NCBI GenBank assembly: GCA_963739455.1
Contig: CAVUAK010000001.1
Location: forward strand, 1,024,001 to 1,088,000
Source of the DNA: an uncultured Gemmatimonadales bacterium
Lineage (GTDB): Bacteria > Gemmatimonadota > Gemmatimonadetes > Gemmatimonadales > GWC2-71-9
Direction: 5' to 3'
Length of the DNA: 64,000 bases
The notes under the pieces were generated by a model, which was not told the DNA's origin, did not search any database, and worked only from the letters and a program-made list of their open reading frames with translations. Shown here piece after piece: positions 13,418-24,500 of the stretch. The translations under genes and the position numbers were made by a program. Position 1 is the stretch's first letter, and every line of letters begins with the position of its first letter.

Positions 13418-13576
13418 ATGAATACGTTCGGGATGATTTTCGCGAGCATCGGCGCCGCCGCGATCATCTGTGCGCTCGGCTTCGTCTCGCTGGTCATTGG
13501 CGGGCTGGTGAACGCGATGATCCTGCTGCAGGCAGGCCCGCTGGTGGACAAGATCCTGGGCAAGAAGGCGGCGTGA
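13418..13576 (+). CDS. Small membrane protein (52 aa)
   Basis: MNTFGMIFASIGAAAIICALGFVSLVIGGLVNAMILLQAGPLVDKILGKKAA; GGGGA SD; GC-rich third positions; below the ORF-track cutoff. Confidence 0.7.
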   Translation: MNTFGMIFASIGAAAIICALGFVSLVIGGLVNAMILLQAGPLVDKILGKKAA

Positions 13577-13586
13577 GGCGCCGGAG

Positions 13587-13946
13587 CTAGATCTCCTCGG
13601 CGGCCTCCTCCCGCTCGGGGGTCATCGCCTTCTTGAGCGCGCCCTCGTAGTTCATGCGCAGGGTCCCCAGGAGTTCTCGCAGCCCTCGCACCTTCATCTG
13701 CACGCCACCCCCGCGCCGAGCCATTGTTCCCATGATGCCGGCCGCATCGGCCAGGCCCGGCAGGCCGAGGGCCTGCGAGTTCGCCTTCACTTCGTCGAGC
13801 ATCCGACAGAGGCCCCGGATCGCGCTGTCGTCCGCCTTTGCGGTGGACAGGAGTTCGATGACGCCCGTGGCCTTCTGGAACTTGGGCGGCAGCGTCTCCA
13901 GGTAGGCGAGTTGCGTGTGCTGCTTGGAGCTCAGCTTGATGGCCAC
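13587..13946 (-). CDS. Hypothetical helical protein with degenerate HPt-like segment
   Basis: C-terminal 119 aa of ORF 13587..15809; GTG start with GGAG SD; LDEVKANSQALGLPGLADAA resembles the HPt helix pattern but lacks the His. Confidence 0.65.
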   Translation of the reverse strand: MAIKLSSKQHTQLAYLETLPPKFQKATGVIELLSTAKADDSAIRGLCRMLDEVKANSQALGLPGLADAAGIMGTMARRGGGVQMKVRGLRELLGTLRMNYEGALKKAMTPEREEAAEEI

Positions 13947-14087
13947 GGCGATGGTGCTCCGACGGGCGGGAAACGCGCAGGTCCTGTGCAATCTAGTGGA
14001 ATCGGTGAAACCGGCGGTCCCCGCCCCTTCGTATGGCGGTCGGCAGCCGGAGGCCACCGACTGTCCATTCCCTATGCCTGAGTTGCC

Positions 14088-17000
14088 ATGATTCTCTCGG
14101 ACCTTTCCATCCGGCGTCCCGTTCTCGCCAGCATGCTGAGCGCGGCGCTGGTGCTGTTCGGCATCATCGGGTATCGCCAGCTCTCGGTGAGGGAGTACCC
14201 CGATGTCGATCCGCCGATCATCTCGGTGCAGACCACCCTCGTCGGTGCGAATCCGCAGGTCATGGAGTCGGCGGTCACCGACATCCTCGAGGAGGAACTG
14301 AGCACCGTCCCCGGGCTGCGCACGCTGGTGAGCTCGAGCGCGGAGCAGTTCAGCAACATCACGCTGGAGTTCACGCTCGACCGCAACGTCGATGATGCGG
14401 CGCAGGATGTGCGCGACAAGGTATCCCGCGTGCGCGGCAGGCTTCCCCTCGACATCGAGGAGCCCGTCATCGCGAAGCAGGAGGCCGACGCCTCGCCCTT
14501 CTTCTGGCTGGCGCTCAACGGCCAGAACTACTCCCTGCTGCAGCTGTCCGACCTTGCCGACCGGCTGGTGAAGAGCCAGCTGCAGAGTGTTCCCGGCGTC
14601 GGCAGCGTGTTCATCGCCGGCGAGCGGCGCTATGCCATGCGCGTGTGGCTGTCCACGGCGCAGCTGGCGGCGCGTGGACTCACGGTGCAGGACGTGGAGC
14701 GGGCCATCCGCACCCGGAACGTCGAGGTGCCGGCCGGCCGCATCGAGTCGAACCGACGCGAATTCACGGTGCGCTCGCTCGGCGAGCTCAAGACGCCCGC
14801 CGAGTTCGGCGAGCTGGTCGTGGCCAGCCAGGGAGGACAGCTGGTCAAGCTCAAGGACCTCGGGCATGTCGAGCTTGGCGCCGAGGACGAGCGGAGTGCG
14901 CTGCGATTCAAGGGCGCCCCGACGGTCGGCATCGGCGTGGTGCGCCAGTCGAAGGCCAACCTGATCACCGTGGCCGACGCGGTGCGCGATGCACTGCCCA
15001 GCATCGCCGCGTCCCTGCCGCCAGGTGTCAGCGTCGACGTGGCGTATGACGGCTCCACCTTCGTGAAGCGCTCGATCCTGGAGGCCCAGGAGACGCTGGT
15101 CGTTGCAGCCCTCCTGGTGGTGCTGATCATCTTCGTGTTCCTGCGGAACGTGCGCTCCACCATCATCCCGGGGCTCGCGATCCCGGTGTCGATCGTGTCG
15201 ACGTTCGCGGTGATGTACTTCCTCGGGTTCTCCATCAACAACCTGACGCTGCTGGCCCTGACGCTCGCCATCGGCATCGTGGTCGATGATGCGATCATCG
15301 TGCTGGAGAACGCTTTCCGGCACCAGGAGGAACTGGGGGAGGACGCCGAAACGGCGGCGGTGAACGGCACGCGCGAGATCGCCTTCGCCGTGATCGCCAC
15401 CACGATCGCGCTGGTGGCGGTGTTCACGCCCCTCGCGTTCCTCAAGGGCAACACCGGTCGCCTCTTCAACGAGTTCGGCATCGCGGTCGCCGGCTCGGTC
15501 ATCGTGTCGGGGTTCGTGGCCCTGACGCTGACCCCGATGCTGTGCGCGAAGATCCTGCGCGTGCCGAAGGAACACGGCCCGGTCTTCCGCATGTTCGAGA
15601 ATGCCTTCACCCGCCTGACGGCCGGGTATGGCCGGTCGTTGCGGTGGGTCCTGTCCCATCGGCCTGGTCACGGTGGCCGCCGCCGTGGCGTCGATCGTGA
15701 TCGCCGTGGTCGTGTTCCGTGGCCTCAAGCGCGAGTTCGTTCCCCAGGAGGATCGCGGGCTCTTCATCACCTTCCTGATCGCGCCCGAGGGGTCGACGCT
15801 CGACTTCACGGACCAGTACCAGAAGCAGGTCGAGGCGATCCTCGCGAAGACACAGGATGTGGATCGCTACTTCAGTGCGGTCGGCGGCTTCACCGGCTCG
15901 CCCAGTCGCGGCATGATCTTCACCCGGCTCACCGAGGACGGCCCACGCCGCAAGGTGCAGGAAGTCATCGCCGAGGTGCAGGCCAAGTTCTTCGGGATCC
16001 CCGGCGTCATGGTGTTCGCCAACAACCCGCCCGCCTTCGGCGGATCGGGCCAGCCGGTGCAGTTCGTGGTGCGGCACCCCGACTTCGCGAAGCTCTCGCT
16101 GGCAATGGACACGCTGACCAAGCGGGCACGGCAGATCAAGGGACTGCAGAACGTCGATACCGACCTTCGGGTGAACAAGCCGGAGCTGACCGTGAGCTTC
16201 GACCGCGACCGCGCGGAGGACCTGGGCGTCGGCGTGGGTGACGTGGCGGGTACGATGCAGACGCTGCTCGGTGGGCGGCGCGTGAGCACGTTCACGCAGA
16301 ACAACAAGTTGTACGACGTCATCGTGCAGCTCGATCCTGCGGAACGCGCCACCCCGAATGACGTGGCAGGGCTGTACGTGGCGGGGCGCAACGGCCAGCT
16401 GGTGCAGCTGAGTGCCGTGACGAGCGTGAAGGAGGGCGTCGGTCCCCAGCGGCTGAACCACTTCGATCGCGTGCGTTCCTTCACCCTGACGGCAGGCCTT
16501 GCCCCGGGCTTCACGCTGGGCGAGGCACTCGATTCGCTCAATCGCGTGGCGGCCGAGGTCCTGCCGCCGCTGGCCAGCACACGACTGGCCGGCGAATCAC
16601 GGGAACTGGCCGAGAGCGGCGCCGCGCTCTACTTCGCGTTCGGGCTGGCCCTCCTCGTGGTCTTCATGGTTCTCGCCTCGCAGTTCGAGTCGATGATCCA
16701 TCCGCTCACGGTGCTCGTCGCCGTGCCGCTGGCGATCACGGGGGCACTCGTCACGCTCTACCTCACGGGGTCGACCATCAACCTGTACAGCCAGATCGGC
16801 ATGATCCTGCTGATCGGGCTGGTCACGAAGAACTCGATCCTGCTCGTCGAGTACGCCAACCAGCAGCTCGAGCGCGGCGGCACGCCCCGCGAGGCGATCC
16901 TCGAGGCCGGCCGCATTCGCCTTCGTCCGATCCTGATGACTTCGGTGGCCACCATCATGGGCGCGATGCCGATTGCACTCGGCCTCGGCGCGGGTGCCAC

Positions 17001-17172
17001 CAGTCGCCGTCCACTCGGCTATGCCATTGCCGGCGGCGTCTTCTTCTCCACCATCCTGACACTCTATCTCGTGCCGACTGTCTGGCTGTTCTTCGAGGGC
17101 CTCCGCAAGCACAAGCCCCATCCCCAGCCCGCCGTGGCTGCCGTTCCGGTGCTGGCTGGGGAGGCCGAGTGA
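14088..17172 (+). CDS. AcrB/AcrD/AcrF-family RND permease (frameshift near 15650)
   Basis: IRRPVLA..REYPDVDPP, GIVVDDAIIVLEN, KNSILLVE, RLRPILMT; split across ORFs 14088..16241 and 15628..17172. Confidence 0.93.
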
Positions 17173-18467
17173 TCGCACTTGCCGCAGCACTGCTCCTGCA
17201 GGTGCCGATCCCGGTTCGCATCGTCCCGCCCGACTCAACGATGCGCCACGTCACCCTCGCCGAGGCGATCCGGCTCTCCACCGGCGTCGATCCGGCCTAC
17301 GTGCGTGCCGCCGGCGAGGTCGACAACGCCGAGTGGGGCCGACGCGCGGCGGTACTTGCCTTCATCATCCCGTCGCTGGCCGTCAGCCTGGATGCAACCA
17401 GGTTCTCGCAGCCGTATTTCAACATCGGCATCGGGGCACCTACCAGCAGCGCGGTGAACTTCCGCGCCAATGCCGTGTACGAGCTGCTGAGCGTGCGGAA
17501 GATCACCGACCTCGGCTTCACCAAGGCGGAGCTGGAGGCGAGTGAGGCGAATGCCGAGCGACAGCGCTTCCAGCTGGCGTTCGACACCGAGAATGACTTC
17601 CTCGACGTGCTCATCAGGCGCGAACTTTCCCGGGTGGCGCGCAGCCGGTTCGATCGCGCCCAGGAACAGCTCACGGTGGCGCGAGCACGGGTCCTCTCCG
17701 GTGCCGCCGTCCAGACCGACTCGCTGCAGCTCGTGCTCGAGCTTACGCAGGCTCAGCTCGAAGTGCTGCGGCAGGACCTCTCGCTCAAGGTGTCGCGCCT
17801 GCAGCTGGGCCGTCGCATTGGTGACGATGGTCCGGTCGACGCGCAGGTCACCGACACGATGCTGCCGCCCGACCTCGGCTACACCGACCAGCAGCTCATC
17901 CAGCTGGCGCTGGAACAGGCACCGCAGTATCGCCAGGCACGCGCACTGACGCGGTCGGCTTCCTATGCACTGAAGGGCCAGAAGGGCGCCTACCTCCCGA
18001 CCTTCAACCTGACCGCGAGCTTCACGGAGTACGACAGCAACTTTCCGCCAAGCGGGCAGGGGGTCGGCGCGGTGTCGCTGATCGTGACCCTCCCGATCTG
18101 GAACGGGGGCCAGCGCGAGATCGCCGTCCAGCAGGCGAAGGTCAACCTCGCCGTCGCGCGGGCAGTGAGCGCGGACCTGGAGCGCGCGGCGGCGCGTGAC
18201 GTAACGCAGGCGGCCGAGGCGTACCGCATTTCCCGCGAGGCAGTGAACCTGACCCAGCTCCAGCTGGTGGCAGCCCAGGAGACGTACCGCGTGCAGGAAC
18301 TGCGCTACAAGAGCGGGGCGAACACCATCCTCGACCTGCTGGAAGCACAGTTTCAGCTGACACGGGCCGAGTCCGAGGCCGCGCAGTCGGTCTTCGCGCT
18401 GTACCTGTCGCTCGCTGGCCTCGAGGCGATCACCGGACAGGAGTTCCTTGTGGGGAGAGACCAGTGA
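17169..18467 (+). CDS. TolC-family outer-membrane efflux protein
   Basis: YLPTFNL..LPIWNGG, RYKSGANTILDLLEAQ; located within the RND cluster. Confidence 0.9.
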   Translation: MIALAAALLLQVPIPVRIVPPDSTMRHVTLAEAIRLSTGVDPAYVRAAGEVDNAEWGRRAAVLAFIIPSLAVSLDATRFSQPYFNIGIGAPTSSAVNFRANAVYELLSVRKITDLGFTKAELEASEANAERQRFQLAFDTENDFLDVLIRRELSRVARSRFDRAQEQLTVARARVLSGAAVQTDSLQLVLELTQAQLEVLRQDLSLKVSRLQLGRRIGDDGPVDAQVTDTMLPPDLGYTDQQLIQLALEQAPQYRQARALTRSASYALKGQKGAYLPTFNLTASFTEYDSNFPPSGQGVGAVSLIVTLPIWNGGQREIAVQQAKVNLAVARAVSADLERAAARDVTQAAEAYRISREAVNLTQLQLVAAQETYRVQELRYKSGANTILDLLEAQFQLTRAESEAAQSVFALYLSLAGLEAITGQEFLVGRDQ

Positions 18468-19553
18468 TGAATTGGCGGGGAGTACTGCTGCCGGTGGCGG
18501 TGGTCGCGATGTTTGCCGCATGCAAGAAGGCTGGCCCCAAGCCGGCCGCAGCCGGTGGCGCTGCTGCTGCGGCCGCCCCGGCCATCGCCGTCGAGGTCGC
18601 CGTGGCCAGGCACGATACGGTCACTGACGCGATCGCGGCCACGGGACAGATCGAGGCGGTGCAGGCCATCGAGCTCAGGCCCGACGTCGAGGGCCGGATC
18701 GTCGAGATCCTCTTCCGGGAGGGCACGGAGGTGGCGAAAGGGCACGCCGCTCTTCCGCATCGATGACGCCGAACTGCAGGCGCAGGTGGCGAGCGCTCAG
18801 GCCGATCGCGACCTCGCGGCGCAGTCGCTGACCCGCACGCAAGACCTGGTGCAGCAGCGCGCCTCGTCGCAGGCCGACCTCGAGCGGGCGGAAGCCATGG
18901 CCCGCAGTGCCGACGCCTCCCTCGCGCTCCTCAAGGTGCGCCTCGACCGGACCGTGGTGCGGGCTCCATTCGGCGGCGTCGTGGGCCAGCGCTTCGTCAG
19001 CCTGGGCGACTACGTCACGACGTCCACGCGCCTCGCCTCGCTGCAAACGGTGAACCCGGAGCGGGTCAGCTTCCAGGTGCCGGAGCGCTATGCCGCTGAG
19101 CTGAGGCGCAACCAGACGATCGCGTTCCAGGTGGCCGCGATGCGCAACAAGACGTTCACCGGCACGGTGGACTTCGTCGATCCCGTGGTGCAGCTGCCCG
19201 GGCGCACCATCACCGTGAAGGCACTGGTGCCCAACCCGAAGCGCGAACTGCAGTCGGGAATGTTCGTGGACGTGCGCCTCGCCACGGCGCAGCGCCCCAA
19301 CGCCGTCGTCGTGCCCGAGGACGCGGTACTCGCGCTGCAGGGCACCACCGTGGTGTGGGTCATCAAGGATGACAAGGCCACCCGGCGCCCGGTGACGCTT
19401 GGGGTAAGGTCGCCCGGGTTCGTCGAGGTGATCGAGGGAGTCGAGGCGGGCGAGCAGGTCGTGGTTGGTGGCATCGAGAAGATGTCCGAGGGCGCTGCCG
19501 TGACACCGCAGGTGGTGGAGCGGACGAAGCCGGCGGTGACGGAAGGGCGCTAG
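18464..19553 (+). CDS. RND periplasmic adaptor (MFP) lipoprotein (frameshift near 18740)
   Basis: FAAC lipobox, LRPDVEGRIVEILFREG joined to KGTPLFRIDD, VRAPFGG, LQSGMFV; two ORFs. Confidence 0.9.
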
Positions 19554-21568
19554 TGGCCGACACGCGGTCTGGTTCCCCGGGCGCCGGTCGCCTTCGACCC
19601 GGGATTGTTGCCCTGGTCATCGGGTTTGTGGTGCTCGGGCACTCCGATGTGGCCGCCCAGGCCGGCATCGCCGGGCGCTGGCGCATTGACGTGTATGACG
19701 TCACCCCCACGCCGATCTACGGCGACCTGCAACTCAGCGATTCGGTCGGCACATGGCGGGGTCGTGCGGTGTTCTCCAACCGAAGTGGCTCGCCCGTCGC
19801 CCTCACACAAGTCGCCGTCGATGCCGCGGGCCGGCTGCGATTCGTTGTCCCCGGGGAAGGAGGCGCCGAGTTTACTGGTGAGGCGACAGGGTCGCAGCAA
19901 CTGCGCGGCACCGTCGTCGCCGATGGTGGACGGCGAGGAAGATGGGCCGCGGAACGCCTCGATCCATCCATCGAGTTCTATCCGGTGCTTCCCACATTTC
20001 AGCTGAGGCAGCTGGTTGGCGGCGTGAGCGCCGATCACCTGTTCCTGCCGGCCCCACTGGTAGACGCGGCGGCCCGCGAGGCATCGCGGGCTGGCCTGGT
20101 GCCGACGTATGAACGCGTCGCCCGCGCGAGCGGGCTGGCTCCGCTCGCCGGCCCACAGCTGCAGGAGGACGGGCCGGATCGGATGCTGGGCATCGCGCAG
20201 CGCGCGACGGTGCTTGCCGCAGTGCAGCGCACGCTGGAGCAGCTGCGAGCGGGCCTGTCGGCGGACACGACGCGCGCACAGTTCGATATCGTCTTCCGGC
20301 CCGGTGGCCGGTGGCGGCTCGACGTGCATGATGCGGCGCTCGATATTGCGCGGCGCCGCTCGCGGCGACTGCAATGGGGCGACGTAGTGCCCGCGCTTGT
20401 CGCGACGGGCTTGATTGCCGACACCGGCGCGGGCGCCGGATCGGTCCCGCTCGCGATGGAGCGACTGCGCATGCTGGAGGCTGCCGACTCGGCGGCGATC
20501 GCCCGGCTCCTCAGCACCGCCAGGACCGCCACGCCCGAGCCTGCCCGCGCGCTCGACATCCTGCTCGCGGCCTATCCCGAGGCCGAAGACTGGCATCGGC
20601 AGGCACTGACGTTCCTCATCCGCACACGCTGGGTGCCGCAGGAGGGCACGCTGCGCTCGCCGGCCGACCTCGTGCGCACAACCTGGCTCGCGATCATGCC
20701 CGGCGATTCCGCGCGCATCCGCTCGCTCCCCGCCATCACATCTCACACGTTTGGCCAGCCCCAGGCGGTGCCGCGATACGGCATCTCGACGGGCACGATG
20801 AACCGCCTGGTGGTCCCGCTGAACGGGGCCGGGACGCAGTGGCTGGATCGGCACGGTACCCCCGAACTGGTCACCATGCTGCATCTTCTCGAGTCCCCCG
20901 CGCGAAGCGACCTGTTCGTGGCGCGGCAGGACGAGAGGCTTCGCGTCGTGTCCGTGAAGCAGCGCGCCGAGGAATCGACGAGCGGCTTCCTCGAGCGACA
21001 GGAAGCGATCGCCGTCGAGCCCAGCTATGTCCCGGTGCTGGCGCTGGGGGCAGTGCTGCACGAGTGGGGACACTTGCTGGCAGAAGGATGGCGCCTCGAG
21101 CAGGCGGTGCGGGCGGCACCCGACAGCGGCGAGGTGGTGCTGCCGGGATTGAACCCGTGGCTCGTCGAGGGCATCGCGGAGGTATGGACGGACCTGGTGC
21201 TTGCGCCGGTCGTGGCCAGCCTGCCGTTGTTCGGCTTCGCCGAGGCAGAGAAGCGGGTGCGCCTGACCGGCAACGAGCTTGACCCGCACGTGACGGGCTA
21301 TCTCATGGCGCGCGCGGTGATCAGTGCCGCGGGCACACAGGGGACAACAGCGCCGGCGGCCATCCGTCGCCTTATTGTCGACGGGAGTCCTGCGCAGGTG
21401 GTGGACGACCCCCTGTTCGCCTCAGGTCTTCGTGATCCCGGGGATATCGTTCCACTGATCATCCCGGCGCCAAGCCGTCGCTTCCTGGTGCCCGAGACCA
21501 TCTTCACGGTTGATACACGCTATCCCGATCCCGTCAGCACCACCATCAAGACCCCCCAGGCCCGATGA
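19553..21568 (+). CDS. Secreted hypothetical protein with gluzincin-type zinc motif
   Basis: Signal-like N-terminus; VLHEWGHLL followed by NPWLVEGIAE (HExxH + downstream EG). Confidence 0.65.
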   Translation: MADTRSGSPGAGRLRPGIVALVIGFVVLGHSDVAAQAGIAGRWRIDVYDVTPTPIYGDLQLSDSVGTWRGRAVFSNRSGSPVALTQVAVDAAGRLRFVVPGEGGAEFTGEATGSQQLRGTVVADGGRRGRWAAERLDPSIEFYPVLPTFQLRQLVGGVSADHLFLPAPLVDAAAREASRAGLVPTYERVARASGLAPLAGPQLQEDGPDRMLGIAQRATVLAAVQRTLEQLRAGLSADTTRAQFDIVFRPGGRWRLDVHDAALDIARRRSRRLQWGDVVPALVATGLIADTGAGAGSVPLAMERLRMLEAADSAAIARLLSTARTATPEPARALDILLAAYPEAEDWHRQALTFLIRTRWVPQEGTLRSPADLVRTTWLAIMPGDSARIRSLPAITSHTFGQPQAVPRYGISTGTMNRLVVPLNGAGTQWLDRHGTPELVTMLHLLESPARSDLFVARQDERLRVVSVKQRAEESTSGFLERQEAIAVEPSYVPVLALGAVLHEWGHLLAEGWRLEQAVRAAPDSGEVVLPGLNPWLVEGIAEVWTDLVLAPVVASLPLFGFAEAEKRVRLTGNELDPHVTGYLMARAVISAAGTQGTTAPAAIRRLIVDGSPAQVVDDPLFASGLRDPGDIVPLIIPAPSRRFLVPETIFTVDTRYPDPVSTTIKTPQAR

Positions 21569-23152
21569 CATCCTCCCGTCTCCTAGTGCTGGCGCTGCTG
21601 CTGGCCGCACCACTCTCCGCGCAGCAGACCACACCCGAGCGCACCGGCGGGAAGGAGACGTCGAGCTGGGCCGATGTCATCGGCTTTCTTGATTCGCTCG
21701 AGCGCCGCGGTGCGCCGTTCGGGTTCGGCACCCTCGGCACCAGCACCGAGGGACGCCGGATTCCCCTCGTCATTGCGGCGGCTCCCGGAGTACGGGGTCC
21801 TGCGGATGCGCACGCGTCTGGACGCGTCGTGATCTGGCTCCAGGCCAACATCCACGCCGGCGAGGTCGAGGGGAAGGAAGTGGCCCAGATGATCCTGCGG
21901 GATATCGCCTTCGGTCCGCGGCGATCGCTGCTCGACAGCCTGGTGCTGCTGGTGGTGCCCATCTACAACACCGACGGCAACGATGCCTGGGCGGCGGGCA
22001 GCGTGAACCGGCCGGGGCAGGATGGCCCCGCGGTCGTCGGGCGCAGGGCGAATGGCCTCGGCCTCGACCTGAACCGCGACTACGTGAAGATGGAGGCGCC
22101 GGAGACGCGGGGCGCCGCGGCACTCATCGATGCCTGGCAGCCCGACATTTTCATCGACCTGCACACCACCAACGGCAGCTACCACGGGTATGCCCTGACC
22201 TACGCACCGGGACTCAATCCCAATGACACGCCGGCGAACGCATACATCCGTGACAAGTTCCTGCCGGCAATCCGGCAGCGCATGAAGAGCGGGCACAACC
22301 TGGAAACGTTCCCCTACGGCAACTTCCGGAACCAGATGCCCGACTCGCTCGTACTCGGCTGGGAGACGTACGACTCGCGGCCGCGCTTCGGCACCAACTG
22401 GACCGGGCTGCGCGGGCGGCATGGCCATCCTGAGTGAGGCGTACAGCAACGATCCGTTCCCGGTGCGCATCACCTCGACCTACGCGTTCGTGCAGGAGAT
22501 CCTCACGTTGGCCGCGGCCGAGCGCAGCGGGATCAAGCGGCTGGTGGCGCAGTCCGCTGCGGCTGCGCCCCGACTCGGTCACGGTGCGCTCGGTCCTGGC
22601 TCCGCCCACCGAGCAGCCGGTGATCGCGGAGATCACGACGCGCGGCCGGCGACGGTGACGGCCCGTACGCGCGACGCGTCGCGCACGGGACAGTTCCGCA
22701 CCATCCGCATGCCGGTGTGGGACCGCTTCACGGCGTCGCGACGTGAGGCGCGTCCGGTGGCGTACTTTATCCCGCCGTCGATGCCCGAGGTGGCGGCACT
22801 GCTGGTCCGCCAGGGCGTGGAGGTGGAGCGGCTCACCGCGCCGTGGCAGGGACCGGCGGAGCGCTTCCGCATCGATTCGGTTTCGGCGCAGCCATACGCA
22901 TTCGAGGGGCATCGCACCGTGACGGTCGAGGGCGCCTGGCTCGCCGCTGCGCCGTACGAGGCGCCGGCTGGCAGTTACGTCGTGCGCACCGACCAGCCGC
23001 TGGGTACGCTGGCCAGCTACCTCCTCGAACCGGCGTCGGAGGACGGCATCGATACCTGGAACCTGGTCGACCGCCTGCTGACACTGCGCCTGCCACACCC
23101 GGTCGCGCGGGCGCGCGTCCCGGTGCGCGCCACCACCATTGAGCAGCACTGA
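21565..23152 (+). CDS. M14-family zinc carboxypeptidase (frameshifts near 22420-22640)
   Basis: QANIHAGEVEGKE, PIYNTDG, DLNRD, DLHTTNGS, then LLEPASEDG in the second ORF. Confidence 0.88.
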
Positions 23153-23168
23153 CTCCAGCGAGGATCCC

Positions 23169-23630
23169 ATGCTCGAAGCAGGGAAGAAGGCCCCGAAATT
23201 TTCGCTGCCCACCGATGATGGGCGAACCGTCTCCCTCGACGACTTCAAGGGAGTGAGCAAGGTGGTGCTCTACTTCTACCCGAAGGACGACACGAGCGGG
23301 TGCACGGCGCAGGCGTGCGAATTCCGCGACAACTGGAAGTCGGTGCAGGCAGCCGGCGCGGTGGTGCTGGGCGTGTCACCCGATGGCGTGACCTCACACG
23401 GCAAGTTCAAGAGCAAGTACCAGCTGCCGTTCCCGCTGCTGGCCGATGAAGACCACGCCGTGGCGGAGGCGTACGGCGCCTGGGGAGAGAAGTCGATGTA
23501 TGGCAGGAAGTACCACGGCATCCTGCGCACCACGTTCGTGATTGGCACTGATGGACGCATCGAGAAGGTGTTCCAGAAGGTGAAGCCGAAGGGGCATGCG
23601 GCTGAGGTGCTGGCGGCGCTCCGGGCCTGA
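23169..23630 (+). CDS. bcp: Thioredoxin-dependent thiol peroxidase (BCP/PrxQ)
   Basis: YFYPKDDTSGCTAQACEFRD. Confidence 0.95.
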   Translation: MLEAGKKAPKFSLPTDDGRTVSLDDFKGVSKVVLYFYPKDDTSGCTAQACEFRDNWKSVQAAGAVVLGVSPDGVTSHGKFKSKYQLPFPLLADEDHAVAEAYGAWGEKSMYGRKYHGILRTTFVIGTDGRIEKVFQKVKPKGHAAEVLAALRA

Positions 23631-23720
23631 CGCGGACGCCGGTCGCCCGGCGGCGCGTGGTTATCTTGGGGGACAGTGACAGGCAGTGAACCTGGAACAG
23701 GGAAGCGAGCACGACGAACG

Positions 23721-24479
23721 ATGGCTCAGCCGGCAACAGTGAAGCCCGCAGACAAGAAGCCCGTGGTTCCGGCGACTGCACCTCGCGGGGCGGGGGCCTG
23801 GCTCTGGGAGTGGGCGAAGTCGATCGGTGTCGCGCTCGTGGTCTGGTTCTTCCTTCGCACCTTCCTGCTCGAGGCGTTCCGCATCCCGTCCGGCAGCATG
23901 GAGAACACGCTGCTCGTGGGCGACTTCCTGTTCGTCAACAAGCTGCTGTACGGGGCCGAGGTTCCGCTGACCGGCAAGAAGCTTCCTGCCGTGCGCGAAC
24001 CGCGACGCAACGAGATCCTCGTCTTCGATTCGGTGGAGGAGCCGGGGCTCAAGGTGGTGAAGCGGCTCATCGGTGTCCCCGGCGACACGCTGGCCATGGA
24101 GAACGGCACGCTGATCCGAAACGGGCAGCACATCGATGAGCCATACGCGGTGCATGCCAATCCGTCGCTGCTGGCCGAGCCCGACCAGCGCGACCACATG
24201 CGCGCGTGGCAGTCGAGTCATCTCGTCGGCCGGTCATCCGAGGGCTATCACCCCGACCTGCAGAACTGGGGCCCCATCGTGGTGCCCGTGGACTCATTCT
24301 TCATGATGGGTGACAACCGGGACAGCTCGTACGATGGTCGCTACTGGGGCTTCCTGCCGCGGGCGAACGTGCGGGGAACACCGATGTTCATCTACTACAG
24401 CTTCAACGGCAACAGCTGGCGCCCATTGCCGTTCTTCTCCGACATTCGCTGGGGAAGGTTCTTCACCGTCCCGAAGTAG
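23721..24479 (+). CDS. lepB: Signal peptidase I
   Basis: IPSGSMENTL (catalytic Ser), VKRLIGVPGD (Lys), GDNRDSSYDGRYWG. Confidence 0.95.
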   Translation: MAQPATVKPADKKPVVPATAPRGAGAWLWEWAKSIGVALVVWFFLRTFLLEAFRIPSGSMENTLLVGDFLFVNKLLYGAEVPLTGKKLPAVREPRRNEILVFDSVEEPGLKVVKRLIGVPGDTLAMENGTLIRNGQHIDEPYAVHANPSLLAEPDQRDHMRAWQSSHLVGRSSEGYHPDLQNWGPIVVPVDSFFMMGDNRDSSYDGRYWGFLPRANVRGTPMFIYYSFNGNSWRPLPFFSDIRWGRFFTVPK

Positions 24480-24500
24480 CAGTCACCGGGAAGGCGCCGC

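Noticed and set aside
13947..15809. N-terminal ~620 aa of the 740-aa minus-strand ORF
   Set aside because: Antisense shadow of the RND permease; only the last 119 aa look like a real gene.
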